A stretch of DNA of 64,000 bases from Rhynchopus sp. YZ270_cl-10 (lineage: Eukaryota), in contig OZ037846.1 of assembly GCA_964035575.1 (NCBI GenBank), positions 62,001-126,000 on the forward strand. The letters run 5' to 3'. Both the position numbers and the translations under genes were made by a program. The stretch's first letter is position 1. Each line of letters starts with the position of its first letter. The notes beneath the pieces were generated by a model, which had not been told where the DNA came from, made no database searches, and was given only the letters and a program-made list of their open reading frames with translations. Below, piece by piece: positions 55,073 through 64,000 of this stretch.

Positions 55073-55719
55073 CTCTGCAAACTTTTATGGACGCTGTCTT
55101 CTGTGCACAGTGTGTACAGTGTGCAACGTGCTCACGCTTCTTTCTCTTGCTGTGTATAGACGGGTGGGAAGCTGCTACCTATGCTATCTTGCTTGGGAGC
55201 AACACATCTCAAGGGTGGGGGGTTTTGATTGTGTGTTCTGTGTGGTGCGCAATGAGAGGAAGACGGGGGCTACGTGGTTATGGATGAATGATGAATTTGG
55301 TGGTGTTTTGAAGGAGTGTAGAACGTGGTGTATAGTAGTGTTCTTTTTTTTCTTCTTCATTTTTTACTTTACTGGTGCTCCGGGGGTCGATATTGACAGG
55401 TCGTTGACAGGTCGTTGACCGATTTCCGTAAGCACCACTTACCTACAAATTAATGTGCCTTGAATTGCACCCTCTCAACAATAGAAATTGCAGTGAGGGA
55501 AAAGACAGCCAGGTTTCAATACGCACAACTTTATTACTGAATTCCTAACAACGGATACAAGTACAGATGGTGATGTGTGAGAAGGGAGGAGCACAAATGA
55601 GGGTGAAAACCCTTCGAGCAACCGTAGCATTTCCCCTGTCAACTGCGATTGACCCATAAAAAAAAAAGAATGCAGAATTTTTTACGGCCGAACAGCAGCA
55701 CGTCTTGACGTATTTAATT

Positions 55720-57852
55720 TTAAAAGCTTGCGACACCAAGAATCTTGTATACACCTGCCCGTGCACGGTCGAGCAGCAGCACGTCTGCCAGTACTGAGGG
55801 CACCTCGGCGCCTGGAGGAGGCACGTAGAGACACACATTGCCACAGCGCACAGCCTCCTCGCAGAGCGTCCAGGAGCGGCGCACTGTCGACCCCATGACG
55901 GTCACGAAACGCTGCTTGCGTGCACCTACGTCACCATGCTGCACAACCCCGCTCACAAACCCGGCACCAGAGAGACAGTACGTTTCGTGCATTCTTTGCG
56001 CAAAGTGTATTGCAGCTTCCATGTGGGATGGCGAGGCACGTGTCAGATTCCACCCCACGCAGACGTAGCTGCCAAGCACGGAGACAAGCGTGCCGCCACT
56101 TTGGTCGAGCGCAATGGTGAGGGTGGAGAGACCAGAGCTCATGATGCGCAGGGCAGCGAGGTTCATGTCTTCACCGACACGGAGTTCGAGCACACCAACG
56201 GTTGCGTCGAAGGGTTTGGCGGGTCCACAGGTGGCGAAGGCGGGCACTACAGAGTCTTTGGGTTGGTGCGAGACTGCACGCGATTCGTAGTCGTGTAGAG
56301 AGGCAGGGAGGCTGCGGGGCTTGCCCAAGGTGGACTCCGTCATGGAGTCGATCAAAGGCTGTATGCGGCGTCCCGCAAGCGCAGTGGGCCACGCACAGCA
56401 CACCATAGTGGCACCAGAGACACCCTTCAAATCAAGTGACTCAGTGTTGCCCAGTACGGCGTCGCAAGTGCTGCAGTCAGAGGACCAAAGGTCAGAGCGC
56501 AACGCAACAGCACCAGGTGTGCAAGTGTTTTCAAGGCGTGACGCCACGTTCACAGTGTGTCCGAAGTAGTCCGTTCTCCCGGTCAGACTGCTTTGCTCCA
56601 CAGTGACAGGCCCTGTGTTGATCCCAATGCGGACAGTGAGGCCACACCACAGCAAGCCCTGCTCAGCGCAGATCGGTGCGTCCTCCATAAGAGACGGCGG
56701 CCACTCCGCCTCGCGCAGCCGTTCGTGCACCTTCAGCGCAAAGTCCATCCCGTCCTGTGTCGTCGCAAAGGCAATCATGAAGGCGTCGCCAATCGTCTTC
56801 ACCTCGTAGCCGCCGAAGGTGTGCATCACGTCCCGTATCACAGTGTTGTGGATGCGCAGCCCAGCACGCATCCCGTCAGGTGCAGCTTCCCAGATCGACG
56901 TAGACTGAAGGATGTCTGTAAAGACGATGGTTGCTCTCTCGCTGTCGAGCCCTGGCGGTGCCACGGTGGCGTGCTGCGCACCGCACATCTCGTCCTCTTC
57001 CTCAAACAGCGCAGCAGGGAGGTAGGGACGGTACTTCCGCAGGTTGCCCTCCATCTTGCGCAGCGTTGCGTGCATCTCCTCTGGGAGCAGCGTCTCCTGT
57101 GCATCAAGCATGCGCGCCACCTCGTCCACGTCGTACCTCGCCAGCAGCGACGCAATCTCCTGCACAGCGTTGATTGTACGCTGCATTGCCTGCTCTTCCT
57201 TCAGCACATCACGCGCAAATCCCCTTGTCACGATAAAGTCCAGCACGAACACCGAGACCCCAAGCGCCAAGCTGCTGGGCGGAAACCCCACTGCACACGG
57301 CAGGTCATCGCAGTCGGTCACCTTCCTCCAATACTCCTGCCGCCCAAACTCACCTTCTTGCGGCACCAACCCTGGCAGGTCTAACAACCCGAAGCGAAAG
57401 CTCTCCTCAAAAGCACACAAAACCAACCACACGACACAGCAACACACAAGCCCCGTAGTGCACCGCGCGGGCACCTGCAGGATCAACATTATATCAATTT
57501 CCAGCACCAGAATTGGCCACCGTGGCGACGCTTCGCTGCGTCCATTTAGATCCCACAGACAGATGGCCGCACATTGAATATACACCGAGCATACGACGAA
57601 GGCTGTTGAGAGTTCCCGCTTTGCTAGAATCATGCAGATAATGCTGAACAGCACCACCGCCATGCATATGTACGCACCACGTCGTGTGTGATGTGTCGTC
57701 ATCGAATCCAAAACGGAGAGGTACGCCACCACCGTAAACAGCAGTGCGCCAGTCGCATAACGGAACAGAATACGGCGCTGCTTTTCCGCCTTGGGCGAGA
57801 GTGTGCCGTCCAGTGTCAACGCCTCTTCTATGTACCGTGTGAGGCATGACAT
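55720..57852 (-). CDS. Multi-pass (~6 TM) adenylyl cyclase AC6 (710 aa), paralog of AC1
   Basis: The ATG at 57852 aligns with the AC1 N-terminus (TLDGTL motif); cyclase motifs intact. Confidence 0.9.
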   Translation of the reverse strand: MSCLTRYIEEALTLDGTLSPKAEKQRRILFRYATGALLFTVVAYLSVLDSMTTHHTRRGAYICMAVVLFSIICMILAKRELSTAFVVCSVYIQCAAICLWDLNGRSEASPRWPILVLEIDIMLILQVPARCTTGLVCCCVVWLVLCAFEESFRFGLLDLPGLVPQEGEFGRQEYWRKVTDCDDLPCAVGFPPSSLALGVSVFVLDFIVTRGFARDVLKEEQAMQRTINAVQEIASLLARYDVDEVARMLDAQETLLPEEMHATLRKMEGNLRKYRPYLPAALFEEEDEMCGAQHATVAPPGLDSERATIVFTDILQSTSIWEAAPDGMRAGLRIHNTVIRDVMHTFGGYEVKTIGDAFMIAFATTQDGMDFALKVHERLREAEWPPSLMEDAPICAEQGLLWCGLTVRIGINTGPVTVEQSSLTGRTDYFGHTVNVASRLENTCTPGAVALRSDLWSSDCSTCDAVLGNTESLDLKGVSGATMVCCAWPTALAGRRIQPLIDSMTESTLGKPRSLPASLHDYESRAVSHQPKDSVVPAFATCGPAKPFDATVGVLELRVGEDMNLAALRIMSSGLSTLTIALDQSGGTLVSVLGSYVCVGWNLTRASPSHMEAAIHFAQRMHETYCLSGAGFVSGVVQHGDVGARKQRFVTVMGSTVRRSWTLCEEAVRCGNVCLYVPPPGAEVPSVLADVLLLDRARAGVYKILGVASF

Positions 57853-58147
57853 CGTGAAGGATGTGAAGGATGTGAAGGATACAAACCCCGTCCCTCTCCC
57901 GTACTCTGAGGAGGGTGTGTTTGTGTGAAAGTCTGGGTTGAAAAGGTGTTTAAAAGTGGAGGGGGAGGGGACCATAGTACCATAGTACCATAACATATTC
58001 GGAGTTCTGTACACTATGTGGCTGGCAGGGAAGATAGTGTCGTGGAGCACAGGACAGGAGAAGAGAGAGAGGGGGCAACAAGCGGGGAGGTGGATACGCG
58101 GACGCGAGACTTTTCACGAGGGTCTCGAGCATTTTGTCATCTACTAT

Positions 58148-58314
58148 TAGGCTAGTTGACGCCACGGGTCGGTTTAGGAATTTTCTGGGAAATCCTGTTC
58201 CGTACCGCCCTCGAACGCTCCCAAATCCCCCCATACCGTCCCATACCCTCCTATACCCTCCCACACTGTCCCATACCGTCCCAAACCCGAATGTCCGTGA
58301 CGTCAACTAGCCTA
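58148..58314. mobile_element. 167-bp MITE, TIR TAGGCTAGTTGACG.CACGG, 5-bp TSD ACTAT
   Basis: ACTAT at 58143-58147 and 58315-58319; internal CCCATACC repeats. Confidence 0.8.
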
Positions 58315-58342
58315 ACTATGTTCATATTCGGAGTTCTGTATA

Positions 58343-60013
58343 CTATGTTGCACCGTGCTTGAGGAGAACCTGCACCACATCTGCATGTTGTTTCTGCCTC
58401 GCATGGTGCAACGCAGTCAGACCCGACAAATCCCTGTGGTTCACATCCACGTTCAAGCCCAGAAGATAGCGTACAGTCTCGGTGCGTCCATGCAGTGCCG
58501 CAACAATAAGGCATGTTGTGCTATTGTCATCCACCACACACACGTCCGCACCTGCTTTGACCAACATCTCCACAATTTCGAGTTCCCCAACCTCAGAAGC
58601 CCAGTGAAGAGGTCTGCTTCCCCAGCTATTATTTGCCTTAACATCTGCCCCTGCATCAATGAGCAGCTGCACCACACCAGAGTACTTCTTTAACACTGCG
58701 TGGTGAAGTGAAGTGTTGCCGCTGTTATTTGACTGACTCATGTCCACTTCAGGTACGCACAGAAGAGTACGCACAGTCTCGGTGTGTCCATAGCCAGCCG
58801 CAAGGGTAAGACATGACTCTCCTTCGTTGTCTGTGACACACACGTCCGCACCTGCTCTGACCAACACCTCCACAGCACGCAGATTCCCACACTCGCTCGC
58901 CACGAGGAGTGGCGAACGTCCGTCACGTTCGCCGAGCTTTGCCTCAATATCTGACCCTGCATCAATGAGCACCTCCACCACATCTGCACGCTTTTGACAG
59001 TTCTCAGCTGCTGCGAGCAACGCGGTGTAGCCTCCCTCTTCCTTGTGACTCACATCGACCTGCGGCACCCCAACAAGATAGCGCACAGTCTCGATGTGTC
59101 CAAATCCTGCAGCAATCGTAAGACATGGATGTCCATCTTGTGGGGCACAACGTACTTCCGCACCTGCTTCCACCAACATCTTCACAATTGGCTGACTCCC
59201 TTTCTCGCAAGCATACAGCAGAGGTGTACATAAGCGTTTGTTCGTTGTCTCGAGGTCTGCCCCAGCATCAATAAGAAGCTTCACCACAGCTGTGTGCTTT
59301 TGACGTACTGCATCGAACAACGCAGACAAGTTATCACGTTTGTGATTCACTTTAACATCATGCAAGCCTTTCAAGCCCACAAGATAGCGAACAGTCTCGG
59401 TGTGCCCATAATACGCCGCACCAATAAGACATGTGCTTCCGAAGTTGCACGTGCCACACACTTCCGCACCAGCTGTCACCAAAATTTTAGCAACGGCGTG
59501 TGCTCCTGAACGGCAAGCCCAGTGCAGAGGCGAACGTCCCATGTCGTCATATATATCGATGTCTGCCCCTGCATCAATGAGCACCTGACACACTGCAGGG
59601 TCTGCCCACATGGCTGGACAGGCACGCCCTTCTGTATCCTCCTGCCCGTGTGGGACCATCGCCACGTTGCTGCAGACTGACTTCCAATGCTGCAAGAGGA
59701 CCTCCGTGCACGCAACGTGGTCTGCGTGCACGCACTCACTCAGCAAGTTCCCGAACCCCATCTGCGTTGTCTCAACATACGGAAGAAGCAGTGCGAGGCA
59801 TTCATCGTGGTTCCCTCTGCATGCCTCGTGCACAGCATCGAAGACCACTGTTTTGCTGCCTGTGTCTGGGCTGAGCTTCTCAAGTCCCGCCCGCACAGCA
59901 GTCATGTCCCCCTTCTTGGCAGCCTCCACCAAGACATCGTCTGCAGAAACCTTTGTACTCTTTGGTGGGTTCTCGTCCAATGTAGTGTCCACAGCCACGT
60001 GTCGCTTCGGCAT
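58343..60013 (-). CDS. Ankyrin repeat protein (556 aa)
   Basis: Many G.(S/T)PLH.A...G....V..L...GAD repeats. Confidence 0.9.
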   Translation of the reverse strand: MPKRHVAVDTTLDENPPKSTKVSADDVLVEAAKKGDMTAVRAGLEKLSPDTGSKTVVFDAVHEACRGNHDECLALLLPYVETTQMGFGNLLSECVHADHVACTEVLLQHWKSVCSNVAMVPHGQEDTEGRACPAMWADPAVCQVLIDAGADIDIYDDMGRSPLHWACRSGAHAVAKILVTAGAEVCGTCNFGSTCLIGAAYYGHTETVRYLVGLKGLHDVKVNHKRDNLSALFDAVRQKHTAVVKLLIDAGADLETTNKRLCTPLLYACEKGSQPIVKMLVEAGAEVRCAPQDGHPCLTIAAGFGHIETVRYLVGVPQVDVSHKEEGGYTALLAAAENCQKRADVVEVLIDAGSDIEAKLGERDGRSPLLVASECGNLRAVEVLVRAGADVCVTDNEGESCLTLAAGYGHTETVRTLLCVPEVDMSQSNNSGNTSLHHAVLKKYSGVVQLLIDAGADVKANNSWGSRPLHWASEVGELEIVEMLVKAGADVCVVDDNSTTCLIVAALHGRTETVRYLLGLNVDVNHRDLSGLTALHHARQKQHADVVQVLLKHGAT

Positions 60014-60468
60014 GGTTTTTATTTAGTATGCTGGTGGGTGGTGTGTTTTTCTCTTCTAATTGAGCGCAAATACATTCAAAGAGTTCGGTAAGGGTTTCTT
60101 CATGAGTTCAGGTAAGGAAAAAGAATTTCTTTGAAATCAGTTTTCTGGGGTAAATTCCTGCGTGGAATATTTCCCGTTGAAGGTTGGTGACTATGTACTT
60201 CGGAATGGGGGAAATGAGAAAATCCTATTTTTTTTTTGTCTGTTCACTTCGAGCTCACTAAGAACCACGCAGACCGGGCGAACACGCTGTTTCAGTTTTT
60301 TTTTGTTTTTTTTTAAGTTCTTTCACGGAGGGAGTGGCAATGGGTGTTGCGTGTGGGTGGGGGTGGGCAGAGAGACATGAAGTAGACACACACCCTGTTC
60401 GAGCATTTTCCCCTCATCTTTGAAAAAGGAAAACGCGTTCTGTAAATAGTGTAGTTGCGCGATCCATT

Positions 60469-61008
60469 CAGGGAAATAGCTCCATATACCGAATTATGCG
60501 ACATCGCATAATTCTGGATTTTTGGGGGGAAAAAAAAAAAAAAAAAAGAGGGGATTTTTGGGCACTTTTGGGGGCCCCTCGCCCGCGGACCCCTAGATCT
60601 CCCAGATGACTGGAATGATGGAACCTTAAAATTTTCGCTCGCTGCGCTTGCAGATGTGCCGTACCCCTTAATTTTTTTTTGCCTGCGGCGCCATTTTCCT
60701 TTTTTGCTCTGCAAAAAAGGGTTTGTTGAGTGACTGTGGTTGTAAACCAGCATTTTTACACCGTACCCTATTTGTTTTTCGCCTGCGGCGCCATTTATTT
60801 TTTTCCATACGGTTAGTGGAACGTAAGGTGCAAGACCAAGCTCCGTAATAAGGGACTACATTCCGTTTTTGGTTATCGCAAATTGACCTTTCGCCTCTCC
60901 ACTCAGGGAGGCTTGCGCGAAGCGCAACGACCGCTTTCGACCGGGCGGAAAAAAAATTTCGTTTTCGCATAATTCCTGATTTTGGAGGAAAACCAAGCTA
61001 TTTCCCTG
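60469..61008. mobile_element. 540-bp hAT-type MITE, TIR CAGGGAAATAGCT, 8-bp TSD GATCCATT
   Basis: Perfect 13-bp TIR and perfect 8-bp TSD (60461-60468, 61009-61016). Confidence 0.9.
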
Positions 61009-61520
61009 GATCCATTGTTGTGCAAAAAAAAAAGGTGGAAAGTGTCGACGTCGTTTACTCACCCATTCGTGATCTGTTCTATCATTGACCGTGCTCCGCA
61101 ACACCAGATAGTGTGTGTGGCGTCAACGCATCAACTACAAGAAGGGGGGATGAGGGAACGGCAAGCGACACTTTTATTTTTGGTTGTGTTTTTTTTGTTT
61201 TGAAGAAACGTGGGGTGATCTGGGGTCTTTTTTTTCAAGATTATTCACTAGCCATTCACAAAAATTCACAAATATTCACAAATATTCACAAAAACCTACA
61301 CACCCGCGTATCACGTGTTTTTCCGCCTCGTTGTGAATTTTCGTGAATTTTTGTGAATTTTTGTGGTTTTTTGTGGTTTTTTTTGGTTTTTGGTGTGGTG
61401 CATAACCGATTACCCGTGTTTCTACCAGTTTAAACGACGGCATTTGCATTTCCGGAATCCGCCCGGCCAGTGGTGGGGTCAATTTGCCGAAATGGACAAG
61501 TTCTCGTTTTTGGTCAATTT

Positions 61521-62000
61521 CACAGTATACACAGTATACACAGTATACACAGTATACACAGTATACACAGAAAACACAGTATACACAGTATACACAGTAT
61601 ACACAGTATACACAGTATACACAGTATACACAGTATACACAGTATACACAGTATACACAGTATACACAGTATACACAGTATACACAGTATACACAGTATA
61701 CACAGTATACACAGTATACACAGTATACACAGTATACACAGTATACACAGTATACACAGTATACACAGTATACACAGTATACACAGTATACACAGTATAC
61801 ACAGTATACACAGTATACACAGTATACACAGTATACACAGTATACACAGTATACACAGTATACACAGTATACACAGTATACACAGTATACACAGTATACA
61901 CAGTATACACAGTATACACAGTATACACAGTATACACAGTATACACAGTATACACAGTATACACAGTATACACAGTATACACAGTATACACAGTATACAC
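61521..62000. repeat. Microsatellite (CACAGTATA)x~53
   Basis: Read directly; one variant unit near 61570. Confidence 0.95.
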
Positions 62001-62011
62001 GGGGGATTGGG

Positions 62012-62390
62012 AGTACAGTACAGTACAGTACAGTACAGTACAGTACAGTACAGTACAGTACAGTACAGTACAGTACAGTACAGTACAGTACAGTACAGTA
62101 CAGTACAGTACAGTACAGTACAGTACAGTACAGTACAGTACAGTACAGTACAGTACAGTACAGTACAGTACAGTACAGTACAGTACAGTACAGTACAGTA
62201 CAGTACAGTACAGTACAGTACAGTACAGTACAGTACAGTACAGTACAGTACAGTACAGTACAGTACAGTACAGTACAGTACAGTACAGTACAGTACAGTA
62301 CAGTACAGTACAGTACAGTACAGTACAGTACAGTACAGTACAGTACAGTACAGTACAGTACAGTACAGTACAGTACAGTACAGTACAGTA
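62012..62390. repeat. Microsatellite (CAGTA)x~75
   Basis: Read directly; perfect array. Confidence 0.95.
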
Positions 62391-63084
62391 CTGCAAACCC
62401 AAAAAAATCACAAAACCTGCACTAGCGATTCACATAAATTCACAAAAGTTCACAAAAATTCACAAAAATTCACATAAATTCACAACACCTGCACAAAACC
62501 TTCACATAAATTCACAAAAATTCACAAAACCTGCACTAGCGATTCACAAAAATTCACAAAAATTCACATTCATTCACAAAAGATCCCACACATGGTGTAT
62601 CACGTGTGTTTTCGCCTCGTTGTGAATTTTTGTGAATGGCTGGTGAATAATCTGGAAAAAAAAGTCCCCAGATCACCCCAAAACGGAACAGAATTGTTTT
62701 CTCGACTTTTTTTGAGACTTTTTTCTTTTCTTTTTTTGAATAATTGATAACCACGGTTCGGAAAAGTACTTTTTTAAAAAGTGATATTTTTTGGTCAAAA
62801 AAAGTACTTTTTCACTTTTCGAAAAAAAAAGTACTTTTTTTTTTTCCATCAAAATTGTACAGGAAAAAAAAAAGTACTTGAAAAAATAAAAAGTACTTTT
62901 TATTTTTCCATCAAAAATTGTACGGAGAGAAAAAATAAAAAGCACTTTTTTTTTTCTGTACAAAAAATTTAGAACACTTGGAGCGTTTTAGAGTCTGTAG
63001 GATGACGCCCGATGACGGCTGATGACGCCCGATGACGCACGATGACGGCCGATGACAGCACGATTACGTTTTTTCTTTTTTTGG

Positions 63085-63364
63085 GTACTGTGTATACTGT
63101 GTATACTGTGTATACTGTGTATACTGTGTATACTGTGTATACTGTGTATACTGTGTATACTGTGTATACTGTGTATACTGTGTATACTGTGTATACTGTG
63201 TATACTGTGTATACTGTGTATACTGTGTATACTGTGTATACTGTGTATACTGTGTATACTGTGATTTCTGTGGATGCTGTGTGTACTGTGTACTTGTCCA
63301 TTTCGGCAAATTGACCCCACCACTGGCCGGACGGATTCCGAAAATGCAAATGCCGGTGTTTAAA
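63085..63364 (-). repeat. (CACAGTATA)x~19 on the minus strand plus the same ~75-bp leader found at 61428-61501
   Basis: 63292-63364 is the reverse complement of 61428-61501 and lies next to the same 9-mer array. Confidence 0.85.
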
Positions 63365-63554
63365 AGCGTCACCAACGAGGAAAAAAAAATTTCCCTAGCA
63401 CGATGATTCCCGATTATGCACGATTACTCAGGATTACGCACGATGACGCCCGATGACGGCCGATGACACCCGATTTAGCGCGATTCACCCCCCCGGAAAA
63501 CGCTCCAACACTGGAAAAAAAAAAGTACTTTTTATTTTTTTTCTCCGTACAATT

Positions 63555-64000
63555 CAGGGAAATAGCTTGGTTTTCCTCCAAAATCAGGAATTATGCGAAA
63601 ACGAAATTTTTTTTCCGCCCGGTCGAAAGCGGTCGTTGCGCTTCGCGCAAGCCTCCCTGAGTGGAGAGGCGAAAGGTCAATTTGCGATAACCAAAAACGG
63701 AATGTAGTCCCTTATTACGGAGCTTGGTCTTGCACCTTACGTTCCACTAACCGTATGGAAAAAAATAAATGGCGCCGCAGGCGAAAAACAAATAGGGTAC
63801 GGTGTAAAAATGCTGGTTTACAACCACAGTCACTCAACAAACCCTTTTTTGCAGAGCAAAAAAGGAAAATGGCGCCGCAGGCAAAAAAAAATTAAGGGGT
63901 ACGGCACATCTGCAAGCGCAGCGAGCGAAAATTTTAAGGTTCCATCATTCCAGTCATCTGGGAGATCTGGGGGTCCGCGGGCGAGGGGCCCCCAAAAGTG
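63555..64000. mobile_element. Second, near-identical copy of the 540-bp hAT MITE (inverted, runs off the window)
   Basis: Reverse complement of 60562-61008; identical ORF translations at 60668..60970(-) and 63593..63895(+). Confidence 0.9.

Larger units (their letters stand above)
61211..62680. mobile_element. 1.47-kb TIR element (TGGGGTGATCTGGG..., 5-bp TSD AAACG) carrying two microsatellites
   Basis: ~60-bp imperfect TIR and ATTCACAAAA subterminal repeats; AAACG at 61206-61210 and 62681-62685. Confidence 0.8.

Noticed and set aside
61363..63375. YTV/HSI/TQY/STVQY repeat ORFs
   Set aside because: Microsatellite artefacts.

Overview
Eukaryotic genomic DNA, most likely a euglenozoan such as a diplonemid. 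This is an inference from the trypanosomatid-like receptor adenylyl cyclases, all genes lying on one strand, and GT-AG introns with GTAT donors. All 11 recognisable genes and pseudogenes are on the minus strand. Six are class III adenylyl cyclases in two architectures: two with about 6 TM helices, and four TM-sensor-TM-HAMP-cyclase receptors, one of them frameshifted. The rest are a 4-exon ~2663-aa Cys-rich/Calx-beta-like type I membrane protein, GPI transamidase subunit GAA1, a frameshifted 2-hydroxyacid-dehydrogenase-like fusion gene, a 4-exon 321-aa signal-anchor protein that the ORF track shows only as fragments, and an ankyrin-repeat protein. Intergenic DNA and introns are packed with non-autonomous DNA transposons (TIR/TSD-defined MITEs, hAT transposase remnants). 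These include three ~1.2-kb near-perfect foldback palindromes, each inside a G/C homopolymer run. There are also near-perfect microsatellites built from palindrome-containing units, and a recurrent GNA-triloop hairpin followed by a conserved tail. The most notable signals are the poly-G-targeting foldback elements and the mosaic cyclase array, which has a homogenised catalytic cassette and a hypervariable sensor region. All alignments and counts were done by eye.
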